Of a stretch of DNA of 64,000 nucleotides, positions 48,822 to 60,489 are shown in pieces. Position numbers and translations under genes: made by a program. Each line of letters begins with the position of its first letter. Position 1 is the first letter of the stretch. This DNA is from Botryllus schlosseri (taxonomy: Eukaryota). The stretch is taken from assembly GCA_051294905.1 (NCBI GenBank), contig CM119385.1, positions 19,778,001-19,842,000 of the forward strand. The letters run 5' to 3'. The notes under the pieces were generated by a model, which had not been told where the DNA came from, searched no databases, and saw nothing but the letters and a program-made list of their open reading frames with translations.

Positions 48822-50384
48822 AGCTACGCAATCATTTCGTGATAGGAATGGATTGATTATTCGGTAAGGAATTTCTAATTGGAATATAGCCTGAATACTG
48901 CGTACAGTTGGCTACGTAATGCATCAATCGTTTCAACACTACGCAGGAGTTGCCTTCTAAACCTAAACCGCTCCCATATGCTCGCACCGAGCAATTTTAT
49001 AGCCAGCACCCCAATCGCCCATTGCATGGCCAGCGGCCCCTTCACGCTAGCGAACGCCCCCAGGGGGCGCTGGCGCCAGCTTTGGGAGCCAGCGCCGTTG
49101 TTAAATTATTCGGTATTCGGTACTCGATACAACCAGTGACATTATTTCGCTGTATATCGCAGTCATCACCACCCATGCTGTTTCCCGCGCATAGCCGAGC
49201 ATAGTTGGTAAAGGCCGCCTAAATCTCTAAATGTTTTTCAGTAGTTGCTACACCTATCCTTAGTCACTCATCGCCAGTTTGAACTTTCCATTCATGTAGC
49301 CGCATGAAAAGCCGCTAAATATAGGGATAAAATTGCTACATTGCCAACACAGGTCACCGTGAGTTGATGCTCTTACTAACCATTGCTTATGCTCATTGCT
49401 CCTGTTATTTTCATAACCCTCGGATCTCAACTTGGTTATACGGATCATGACTTCTCCTACATCGCTCTCGGTCTCCTCAAGTCACATATCACGTCGCAAG
49501 AATATACAATATTCAGATTAGATTTGATGGTATATGTGGGAAACAAGTACAGTCGAAACAACTTTCGTAAAAATAAAGCACACATCAGACATCAAGCATG
49601 CACAGTGCACACATCACATTATGCAACCACATAGCCACTGTTTTCGGGTACCAAAATATTCGCTGCTATCGCATTTCGGAAGTACAGAACAAAATGCGCG
49701 AACGCGAGCATGGGCACTGGGCAGCCAATCTACTCGGTAATTTCGTATATACGATATGGTGATCATGTTCTACCCAGACGCATTCACTAATTGGCACTAT
49801 ACGGGATCTATTTACTCATAAAGGACTCGCAAAGATAAGAAAAGAATTAGTACATATTACGACGCGTAATGGTATGAATGAGATTTTTACAATAAAATCG
49901 ATTTATGTATAGTTAGCTATTATATCCATGTAATTAATTTCCTAGTCAATGGCTCGAGAATAAGGACATATTCACTTAAACGCGATCATAGCACCAGGAC
50001 GGGTATTCCCAAGAGCCATGCTCAAAATGCTCATTATTAATCATTAATCAATGATAGGTCTTGTGACTTTCTAACACGCCACGCATGCATGAGTGTTGCA
50101 CATAGCATAATATTTACACGCCTACGCATCGCAAAGTCTATCTTGTCGAGACCTTCCCCATAACTTTTAATATGTATATTCTGGATTTTACAGAGCATGT
50201 AAGGTCCCAGCTGGAGGGTATATGATGAGGGTATGCATGACACCAACATAATCATAAGGTGGATTTCCATGTCATTTGCTTCCCTACAATGTAGCAATGC
50301 AATAGCGGTTTTAGGCGAGTGCCATGAAACAGATTTGAGAAACCGGCTATCGTATTCAAGCAGTAGCATTAGTCGGGAATCGGA

Positions 50385-51047
50385 ATGAAGGTAAACATTC
50401 AAGCCATGAACGATCACGAGTTTAATTTTGAGGTACGTCAAGGAGACACGGTCGGGGATATGAAGCAAAAATTAGCTATATCTCAGCATGTGGGCAGCGA
50501 CCAGATCAAGCTAATGTTCCAAAACAATCCGATGGATGATGATAACAACACAGTGTCTTCTTACGATGTCAAGGAAGGCGACTGTATTTTTATGGTCACC
50601 GACTGCAATTCGCTAATCAAGGTAATGGTAGATGTTCAAGGAGGACAGTCGAGAGTTTTCACAGTCGACTGTAATGAGCGAATCGACCAGCTAAAAGCAA
50701 GAATACACAAGGAGGCTGGGTTTCGTGCGGACCTGATCGAACTGTTCCTTGGCGTAAATCAGATAGAGCGCGGAAAGCTGATGCATCACTCCGTCAAAAA
50801 TGGGTCAAGACCGAAGCTAAGTATGAAGAGAATTCAAGTCACTGTGATTACGATTGACCAGAAGAGCCTGTCCATGGACATCACCCACACCGAAACCATC
50901 GAAAGTTTCATGTCTCGCCTACATGTTACCCCATCGCAATATCGCTTGATATGTAATGGAAAGCAAGTGCACATCGAGCGGATGGCGGACAATGACATTA
51001 CCAACGGAGATACTATTTACATGGTCGCACGACTCAGAGGAGGATAA
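50385..51047 (+). CDS. Intronless tri-UBL 2, 220 aa, terminal RLRGG
   Basis: Paralog of tri-UBL 1 and 3 (FEVRQGD...KQKLAISQ...DQIKL). Open frame ends MVARLRGG-stop; 4-aa deletion in the third domain. Confidence 0.88.
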   Translation: MKVNIQAMNDHEFNFEVRQGDTVGDMKQKLAISQHVGSDQIKLMFQNNPMDDDNNTVSSYDVKEGDCIFMVTDCNSLIKVMVDVQGGQSRVFTVDCNERIDQLKARIHKEAGFRADLIELFLGVNQIERGKLMHHSVKNGSRPKLSMKRIQVTVITIDQKSLSMDITHTETIESFMSRLHVTPSQYRLICNGKQVHIERMADNDITNGDTIYMVARLRGG

Positions 51048-51932
51048 TACCTGAAATTCTCTATTCGATGTGTGCTTTTGCAGTAATGAAGTGAATTTCT
51101 GCTCTCAAATCTCTCATATGCTTCGATTACCTCCATATTGTCTAATTCCTCCCTTTTAAATCGATTATTTTATGTATATAATAGGCCTATAGGTCTACAT
51201 CGTGCGGTGTTCTAAACATACACGATAATACTTGTGAAAACTGCTCCAGATATCCATTCCCTTTATGTTCTGCCACGACCCGTTTCAATTATTGGCCAGA
51301 GGAATTTGGCTCAAATGTACAACAGAGAACCTTGTGTCCAAATTTCAGAAAGATTGCTTCATTAGGCTGTATGACTGATTTCACAGTTCTGTGGGTTGCT
51401 TAGCCCCTTAAACCCCGCGGATTGATACTGTTATATATACTGGCACTATGACATAAGCCAAAGAAATATTTCGGATTTGATATTAATTAAGTCCGTAAAA
51501 GTGTTCATAGTATTGTTATTTTACTAGTCAGATCTTTGTGGGGCGATTTTATCAATGGTATGGTATTTTCGTTGTATTTTTGATTAATGCTCTCCATGTG
51601 AGAAACTACTGTCCGTATTATATCATTTGAATAATACCGAATTCGTCAGTGGATTTGAAAATAAACCTGTTTTGTTATCAATACTTTCTAAAATGAATAT
51701 ACGACCATTACACTGTAATGTACCATTTTACTAATGTATACTATCGGCTATTACGATATTTTTGACGGGTAGCATAATATTTCCCAGCAGGGCGTATTTG
51801 GTCTACCGGCCACATCATGAATTCCCCATGGTCTAAATCAGCAGTGTCAAATACGCATCGCGCGAGATCATTTTGTGTTGTCGGCGTCGACATTTTCGAT
51901 TTTGAAATATTCGACAATATCTAACTGCGGGA

Positions 51933-52125
51933 AGCGAGTGACGCTGTTGGTTAAGCCGTCATAGCCACGACACCAGTTCAAACCCCAGTTCTGCCTAACT
52001 TCTATGTGTCGAAGGTTTATCTGGGCTCCTCATCGCTAACCTCACTGCTATTCAGCCCAGCGTGAAGGTGAGCCGAGCCAAAAATCGGCAGTACGGGTGC
52101 ATGAAAAACGGGGGAACATTTAAAT
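51933..52125 (+). mobile_element. Degenerate tRNA-derived SINE
   Basis: B-box-like AGTTCAAACCCC at 51975-51986. Body GAAGGTTTATCTGGGCTCCTCATCGC resembles GAGGTTTATCTAGGCGCCTACTCGCC of the 39.5-kb SINE. Confidence 0.55.
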
Positions 52126-53348
52126 AATTGCGGTTCGCATATCGAGGGAGAATGTTAAACTTACCACGTACTGCTGAGTATAGACTAATTCAACTTCTAC
52201 TTCTACTTAACTGTTTGGTTTAGTCAAATCTGCTTGGTTTTTCCTCATTGTATTAGCAACGTTGAAGGGACTTTGGGGATAGGTTTAGATCAATTTTATG
52301 AGTGCAATATGTCATAACAACCGAAGAAATACTACCTTTACCACGGTGACTGAATATATGTTCCAAAATTGCAGCTGTTTGTAATGTCATTAGTCATTAT
52401 GCGTCAGTCGCGAAGACCAAGGATATATACATATTCCGATGACGTATCTCCAATTCCGGAAGTAACAACCCGGGATTAGCTGCTAAAAGTATGCGATGAT
52501 TCGACCAGATCTACTTTCTGAAAATACTTTATTGAATAGCCTACTTTTCATACCTTCATTTTCTACTTCCAATTAAAGTGGCGTTGACATGTTTTGCAAT
52601 TGAGTGGAACTTTACGACATCTACTTCTACTTGAGGACCGATGCTGACCACTTTGACCAGATCTGCTAACGAGATGTAAATCCACTCTCCAATGTTGCAC
52701 AGTATTCAGGCAGCAATGAAAAAAATTGCAGGACTAGTTAATACATAAGCGTAATTAATTCACTAACGAACAACGCTTTAATACGAATCGATCTCCTTAT
52801 GGATGGCGTAGTACCCATGTAATTCCCCAGGAGCGATACTCAATGATCGATCGCGTGACTTCCTATTGAAACTGCTTACAAAGTCTACACGCTACAGCAA
52901 ACATGTTTGCAGAGTGTACAATACTAACCCGCCTACGCATAACGAACACTCCTTTATCATTTTGCGTGACCACACTAACACATAAAGCAATGCAACACCA
53001 TACCTTGTGTTTCGTCAACCAATATATTCAGAAGCACAACTGCAAGGGCGTAGCCAGAAAAAATATTTGGGAGGGGCGAAAAACTCGATGACGTTAATGA
53101 GCACCCCGCTTAAAGATAAGTAAAAATAGGTAACAACGATGGCCTTGGGTCCTTATTGGATGAGTAACACAACATCTGGGGCGACCGTATTACCTAGGTT
53201 ATGGTTTTTGTACATGCATTCCACTCACAGACATAAAGTAATGTGATAATATATGATTGTGGAAATATCGGGCGTCAACAATTTTCAAATTTTTCATGGT
53301 TAATGAATGAAATTGATTCCTTATTGTTACGTGCATATTGCAAATACG

Positions 53349-53976
53349 CATGATTGTAATGACTCGAGTTGCGATTTTCTGATGACTTGACTTGACTCGA
53401 GTCAATTTCTCAAAACACAGAAAGGACTCAACTCCAGTCAATCTATGTAATGAATCGACTTGGGCTCAAGTCATTGCGCATGACTCGAGACTCAGGCGGC
53501 TAAGACCGACATTTCATTGTAATTTCGAAGAATAGTTAAGTAACCACACTATTGGTAGTTCGTACATTTGTAGTGGTACTTGAAAATGAGACTATAGAAA
53601 CTGGTAAAAGTGAGAGAAAAATGTATATTATAAATGCGAACCGTTCGATATTACCGAACAGAGTTATAAAAATTGGGTCAAGTGTCAGAAAATATTCGGG
53701 TTTATTTCCGTATGAATGTAGTACTCAATTGTATATTGAAGCTCTGTACCTCCAAGAAGCTCTTCAAAGTGGATTGAACAAGATTTTAACTGAAAACTGA
53801 GCAGTCAACGCAATGACTTGGACTCGGACTCAAGTCATAATACTATGACTTGGACTCGACCCTCTGCTCACTGACTTGGACTCGGACTTGACTCGGTGGT
53901 GAAGTGAAAATGACTCGTCTTGATTCGAGTCAAAACTATAAAAGAGAGATTGACTTGTGACTTGGTTACAACCCTG
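53349..53976. mobile_element. hAT-type MITE, GACTCGAGTC-rich family (copy 3)
   Basis: Ends CATGATTGTAATGACTCGAG...GGTTACAACCCTG; TSD CAAATACG/CAACTACG (7/8). Shares internal AAGACCGACATTTCATTGTAATT with copy 1. Confidence 0.8.
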
Positions 53977-56797
53977 CAACTACGTTTTAATCATCAGATT
54001 TACCGGTAAGACTGATATAAGTGGTGTCATCGAACATTCAGGGAGCACTTAATTATACATCTTGAACTATATGTTCATAGCACACGGCAAGACTATTTAT
54101 GAATTTCTAAATGGTGTGGGCCGGGTGGGACAGTTGTCATTTATTGCTGTTACACTCCATGACTTGCGGAGAATGCTGCCACAATTCAAAACATCGCTCA
54201 CGCGCAGGGCTGTACCCACGTAGCCAGAAAAAACTTTTTTTTTTGTGGGGAGGGGGGCAGTTTGTAATTAGTTTATGCAGCTCCCCCGTGGGAGCACCTC
54301 ACAGAACTGTACATCCTTCCATTGCACATTTTCATCACTACCCTTTTATACATACAATTCTTAGACGCACGCACACACACATACACATACCCCATGGAAG
54401 CTCCCACTTGCCAACTATTACTTGTATTAGGCGATCGTTTAAAGGACGAGCCCAAATCGCTGACACTGACGAACAATCAGTGTGAATTTCGGGCCTATAG
54501 TCGCGCGGAGCGTAAATATTTTGGAATAAATGAAATAATTTGATCAATAATATCGGTGCGTGTATACGAGCAAGTGGTATCCATTCTTATTAATTACTCC
54601 GTTAAAGCACGGTTATTTAGTAACCTCTGGTAAAGATTGACGCTACTATTAAGATTGGAATCGCTAATACATACCAAACCAAATTAAAAAACTTCTTTGA
54701 TCAGACTCGTGCGATTTCATATCAGCACTTTTTAACTGGTGGTGGTGGCGATATTTTCCTGTGTCGAACACATTTATGTTGAAGGCGTCTGATCACAGGA
54801 ACAGATCATTAGGCGCCAGCCATTTAAGCACCCGAAAATCTATATCGAAGGCTTCGGAATACATGCGTCGTTTTTCTGGACGTCAATCATTTTGGAAGCG
54901 CACTTTGCGGAGTCGCGTGTATCAGCCTACTCTATGTGTCTTTGTGTGTCCCGGAACGGAAATTGCCGGCGATTAGGGCCCTTGCCCACACTCTCCTGTC
55001 GAGGCAGGGATTTCGTTTCGACATGGTGAAAACTGATTCTCCCCATCCTCACCATGCTGACAAATTATAGTCTGTTTGCGCTATCCGCCTAACTATCGAA
55101 TCTCACAAGTTGCTTGGCTTTCTTTGTGGTGACGCAAGTATATTAACGTAAAATTGTTGTACACCCGAAGTAATTGTTACATTGTTCGAATGTTTGCATT
55201 CGATAGTTACATCGTGTATATCTACTGCAAAGGATAACAAATCATATAGACCAAATAAAATATAAAATGTCAAACTTTTTGCGTACCACTTGGAAAGGTC
55301 TCGCGGACAAGCACCACAGTTTGAGAACCACTGATGTAGCCGCATGAAAAGTCGCTAAATCTAGGGCCAAAACAGCGAAATTGCCAACACAAGTCACGAT
55401 GAGTTGATGTTATCACTGCCCAATGCTTATGTTCATTGCTCATGGTATTAATCACACTCTGGGTCTTGACGTGGTCACATGAATCATGGCTGCTCTTACG
55501 TAGCTCTTGTACTCCTCAAGCCACGTAGCCGCATAAATATAGAATATTCAGAGTAGATTTGATAAGATGTGTCACACGCAGGTAGAGTCGAAACAATTTT
55601 TGTTAGTAAACCACGCACACATCAAGCGTACGCAGTTTACGCACATCGCATTATGCACCTACATATCTATTGTTTTCGATGTAAATATTCCTACTATTTA
55701 TTTCGAAAGTACAAAAACGCTCAGACCTGAATTGCCGACATACCCGAATTTCGATATCAGTATGTTATGAAGCCTATATCGGATATAGTGATTACTGATT
55801 ATGTTCTGGTTCTACACATACGTATTCGCTAGGTGGCACTATCATTAATCTATCCATATTCCATATCTATCTACAGAAACGGACTCACAATGACAGGCGG
55901 ATGCCGCGGATCATGCTAGTGATGAGTTTTTACAATAAAATCGAATGTGTATAGTTAGCTACCATATCCAATATCCATGTAATTAATTCGCTCACCAACG
56001 GGGGTCGAGAATAAATTATATTCACTATTACAGGTAGCATAGTACCAGTACGGGGTATTCCCCAAGAGTGATGCTCATTGATCAATGACAGCATTGATTG
56101 GTCTTTTGTGTGATTTTCAAACATACCATACAACCATACACAACAAATATTACGCATTGCACAGAACATAATATTCACACGCCTATACGTTGTAAACGCT
56201 CTCTTGTCTTTTTGAGTTGTGGATTGAATGAACAAAACTCCCTTAACATTATATCATACAAGCTTCGGAACGCTTTCGGCCGCATTCAAGAGTTGCTGAA
56301 CTCAGTATTGGCGAATGCGCCGCTAGGTTTAGTCGAATCTCACGTGTAATGTTATGAAATGAAACCATTATGGCGGTATAAAAATAGGTCACACAGGACA
56401 TTTGCATCGAGAACGGTTGAGGTTTCCTCTGACCTTGGTCCCTAGCCTCTAACCTTTAATAAGCATATCCTGAATTTTACATAGAATGCAAAAGTGTGAG
56501 GCCTCATCTCGAAGGTACATGATTTCATAAGAGATGGCAAAGGAGGTGTGTCTAGATCTCTGCTTAGGGCCACCCACTTTTTACGTCGAAAATCTTGGCA
56601 TCTCTCTCGTATGTCCGCCATGTGCATAATTCAATATGATTTCACCAAGCTTGCCTAGCGCTGGTCGATATAGCCAACACCATCTTCTCTCCTTGCATTG
56701 CACCATCTTAACCTAGATAGCCAAAGAATATTTCAGAACCTAACGCCAGCAGCATTACATCATCCAAGCTTGGATCAGGACACCAAAATATTCACGA

Positions 56798-56840
56798 GGT
56801 GAATTCCCGTGTGATTTTTTTCTTCGCCGCAGTATAAAAA
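56798..56840 (+). promoter_or_regulatory. Putative promoter of tri-UBL gene 3: kB-like site plus TATA box
   Basis: GGTGAATTCCC (56798-56808; reverse GGGAATTCAC, one mismatch to consensus) and TATAAAAA (56833-56840), ~120 nt before the ATG. A further GGGGTATTCCCC lies at 56052-56063. Confidence 0.55.
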
Positions 56841-56960
56841 CAGCGCCCTTCTGCGGGTGCCGTCAGACAGATTTCAGAAACCGCTCTTCGACGAGGACCG
56901 TGCAAAATATAACAGAGAAACAGAATAATATTCAAGCAACAGCATCAGCCACGAATCAAA

Positions 56961-57641
56961 ATGAAGATATACGTCAAGACCCTGAACGGGCAAACATTTC
57001 AATTCGAGGTACGTCAAGGCGACAAAGTCGGTGATGTGAAACAAAAGTTAGCGATATCCCAGCAAGTCGGCAGCGACCAGATCAAGCTGCTTTTCCAAAA
57101 GAAACCAATGGATAACGACGACAACACAGTGTCCCAATACGATGTCAAAGAAGGCGACACTATCCATATGGTCACCGACAACAACTCCCGTATCAATGTA
57201 ACGGTTGAAATTCAGCCCGGGCAATCGAACATTTTTTCGGTCGACTGGAATGAGCAAGTCGACCAACTGAAAGCAAAAATACACAAGGAGACTGGGTTAC
57301 GGGTGGACCTGATCGAACTGTCCTTTGGCGCGAAACAAATACAGGGCGGGAAGCTGATGCATCACTCCATCAAAAATGGGGCAACGCTGAAGCTAAGTAT
57401 GAAGAGAGTTCAAGTCACTGTGACTACGCCTAACCACAAGAACCTGTCCATGGATATCTCCCACACGGAAACCGTCGAAAATTTCAAATCTCGTCTGCAA
57501 GGAGAAACTGGCTTAGTCGCTTCGCAGCAGCAGTTGATATGCAACGGGAAGCCACTGGCCAGTGGAGTCATGGTGAACTTGGGGTGCAATATCGTCGACG
57601 GGAGCATTATTAACATGGTGGGACGAGTACGAGGAGGATAA
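56961..57641 (+). CDS. Intronless tri-UBL 3, 226 aa, terminal RVRGG
   Basis: Starts MKIYVKTLNGQ (cf. ubiquitin MQIFVKTLTGK); three UBL repeats; ends MVGRVRGG-stop. AATAAA at 58072-58077. Confidence 0.92.
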   Translation: MKIYVKTLNGQTFQFEVRQGDKVGDVKQKLAISQQVGSDQIKLLFQKKPMDNDDNTVSQYDVKEGDTIHMVTDNNSRINVTVEIQPGQSNIFSVDWNEQVDQLKAKIHKETGLRVDLIELSFGAKQIQGGKLMHHSIKNGATLKLSMKRVQVTVTTPNHKNLSMDISHTETVENFKSRLQGETGLVASQQQLICNGKPLASGVMVNLGCNIVDGSIINMVGRVRGG

Positions 57642-59844
57642 TACCGCCGTCCAATGTACATTTTATGTAGTAAAATGAAAGCGCGAAATCAAATATTATA
57701 TGCTTGATGTGCCTGTTTCTTAATTATTATATTTGCTTCGTAATCCCATGTGACCGACCTTGGCCGCTCATGGCAATCTCGGGGCCAATAGGACCAGGTT
57801 TTGTGGCAGAAAAGGGTGATAAGTTATCTCCGACCCAGTATAGACTAAGAGCATATATCTTATACATGGATCAGATGCCAGACTCAATGCAGGTATTCTG
57901 GTCACTCAGTGACTGTAAGCAGGGAGTCTCAGATCAGTGCAAATTCTTTATATTGCGAATCAGATTTGAGTGAAGCATCTTGATCAATGTTATGGTGTGT
58001 TATTGTATTGTTGACTATGCTCTTGATGAGATATGAATGTCATTATTATGTTCAATTAGTCATATAATCTAAATAAATATACAAAGTATTGTGCGTTGTG
58101 ATTGTGACCAATAATTTCAGAAATGACTGCATCAGAATGACTCGCGTAGTAGCCTACGTTGCGTATTAGGCGCGGTGTCGTATTCAAATATCAGAGACCG
58201 AATGACGCTTCAGCTCTACTAACGTAATCCAAAGACGAGTGAGATGTTCATTAAAAACGTAGACTCCCCGTGATGTGATTGCGTACAAATATTTTGTACA
58301 GTAATGAACTATGAGTAACAAGGAAGTTACAGAATAGTTGAAGAACAAAACAACTCGCCACTGCTGATGTCAGTCTCAAGTTTCTTTGCCAGCCGATTTG
58401 TTTGTTAACATCACGACAAGATCATCATCATAATATTTGTTGTACAAATACTAAATCGGCCCTTGATTCTTATTACCTACTCCGAAAGCACCGCTGCGTA
58501 GTTCGTTTTATTAACAATGCCTTCAGTTCAAAAACGTAACATGATGATAGGAAAGATATAGCAACAAAACAAAGCTTGGCAGAGAAGGTAGTTCTCTCTC
58601 ACTGCAATTGCGTAACATATAGGCCTAGGACAAAGAAAATTCACCGGATGTGTATTATAGGAGAATGGGGATATAGAATGCTAGAGCATCTCCACATGCA
58701 AATAACCTCTCGATGATTCCCAAATTACGCTAGCAAGTTGGTGGCAGTAGCTTGAGGCATATCCACATTTCAATGGGCCAAACAGCATTAAGCATTATGT
58801 ATGTTCGTGCATGCTTATGTATTGGAATTATACAGCAACAAAACCACTCCAAATATTCAAAATACCGAACCACAAAAGCTGATAACAATGTATAAGTTGG
58901 GGTTGGTTGTAGTACAAGGGATCGAACGTAAAGGCCCGTGAAGCAACGCTGAGTAAATGACAAAATGCTTGTAATATCCAGCACATTTCTATCAAATGAA
59001 CAGATTTCTGAGAGTGAATACTTCCGCGTGAACAATTCTTCAACACAACAAATGTCGCACAATTGTTGAATGTTCACTTGCGACATCACAACCTTTCGAC
59101 GACCATGGATTAGCAAGAATTCGACTGTGATATCGGCACTGAGAAGGTACAAAAGTGAAGACGCCGTTTTCAGTAAAAATAGAACAAAGGGTAGTTATTC
59201 ACAGATGCGAAAACGTCATTTAATTGTTGTATGCAATGTGACGTAGGTGGTCAAAGAATATACAACAACGGACACGCAAGGCCACCGCGGCAACGCCGCA
59301 TCACGACTACAACAAAGGGAGCATATGATTGTTTTGTGTGTGCTGAAATTATACGCTCCACGCCATTAAGAGCTACTTTATCAACGAGAATTATAGTTTC
59401 GACAATTTTTCCACCGATGTGAAAGGCTGTATACCTCGATTCGCCTTATCGCAGTATATGAAATTGATAGCACAAGGCCACGAACATTAGTGGAAATGAC
59501 ATATCTGTGAAGTCGTGATTGACACACAGCGTTTTCATAAATTACAATGAAATAGGTCGAAAAATGCCACGTAATCTTTATGATGTAGAACTGGCAGTGT
59601 TTGATTTCGACCATCCCTTATTATGAAACACATTGTATAGGTTTGGAAATGAAGCAAACATCCAAATGACAAACATATAATGTGGTTTCGTGGTAACATT
59701 CTGGAACATTTGATTTAAAACGCATTTTAGAAAAGACACGACCCAATGTGACCTCATAAGAATACTAGGGTAGCATCACAGTAACCATTATCACCGTATA
59801 GCATTCAACAAGCCTGATATGGAAAGCAAGGAGTTAATTTCAAA

Positions 59845-60489
59845 TCACGAATTGGATGATATCCTTCTCGTGGCTGTACCATTAGGCTGTCTGCCGTTAT
59901 CCCTGTTCTCATGCAGTTCGATATCGCTTCCGTTTGAATGCCTGTCGTTTTGCGGATTCACTTTAGCCTGACTCTTGCAGCATCTGCGCCATATAACGTA
60001 ACACAAAATGATAAGAATAACCAACCCAAAAAAGCCGCCGATTGCTATGCCTACAATAGCCCCGATAGAGAGACGTGACGAGGTAGCGGTCGTGTCATCG
60101 ATAACAAACGTTGCGGTACAAGCAGCAGGGTCCTCAAATTCGTTGCACACAGTCTCAGCCAGATAGGTAACGTTACGAGCCGTCACTGTCACCATATGGC
60201 ACACCAGTCCGTCTGGATCGATGCTGCTACGGTCACATGTAACAGACCTTTTTCTGCGACTGCCATTCGTACTATTACTCTCCGAGTACGTATCCAGCAA
60301 GGTGGCAAATTGTTCAGTTGACGATGTTAACCCGACCATGAAATTCAGGTAGAGGAAATACACGTCTTGCGTTGTTTCGTTGTTTCCGAGTATTGTGACG
60401 GCGTTTGATCCCAGTGAGTCAGATATGGAGTTGCCGCTGACACGAAGCTGATTAGACGCGTACGCTGTGGCGTTAGCTGCCAGAAGTGT
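59845..60489 (-). CDS. Terminal exon of an unidentified type-I membrane protein (furin site, Cys-containing stalk, TM, short tail)
   Basis: Acceptor TTTTCATAG|ACA at 60490/60489, then 214 open codons to a stop. Contains RRKR|S, four Cys, several N-x-S/T sequons, TM IGAIVGIAIGGFFGLVILIILCYVIW followed by RRCCK. Upstream exons unresolved. Confidence 0.75.
   Translation of the reverse strand, partial: TLLAANATAYASNQLRVSGNSISDSLGSNAVTILGNNETTQDVYFLYLNFMVGLTSSTEQFATLLDTYSESNSTNGSRRKRSVTCDRSSIDPDGLVCHMVTVTARNVTYLAETVCNEFEDPAACTATFVIDDTTATSSRLSIGAIVGIAIGGFFGLVILIILCYVIWRRCCKSQAKVNPQNDRHSNGSDIELHENRDNGRQPNGTATRRISSNS

Larger units (their letters stand above)
46936..57650 (+). repeat. Old tandem segmental duplication: unit A ~46936-51050, unit B ~52305-57650
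   Basis: Colinear homologous blocks 46936-47690/52305-53040, 49290-49800/55334-55850 and 49870-50120/55920-56180, each followed by a tri-UBL gene. Different TE insertions in each unit. Confidence 0.85.

Noticed and set aside
52620-53040. Duplicated block I as a coding exon (open ~50 codons in copies at 52.8 kb and 63.2 kb)
   Set aside because: Hand comparison gave about 5 synonymous versus about 14 altered codons, close to neutral. Copy A is frameshifted and flanking frames have stops. An ancient coding origin is not excluded.
56356-56366. IRF/ISRE-like motifs (GAAATGAAACC at 56356; TTTCGTTTC near 55011; GAAACAGAAT in the gene 3 leader)
   Set aside because: Short A-rich matches are expected by chance in this AT-rich sequence, and none is shared in position across paralogs.
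40132-57641. Annotating the tri-UBL ORFs as polyubiquitin (UBB/UBC) or as ISG15 orthologs
   Set aside because: Repeats are highly diverged from ubiquitin and from each other and lack internal GG. Three domains and no phylogeny mean ISG15 orthology is unsupported, so no gene symbol is given.
58730-59152. 140-codon minus-strand ORF downstream of the membrane-protein stop
   Set aside because: No recognisable domain, starts at a non-ATG codon, and probably lies in 3' UTR or intergenic DNA.
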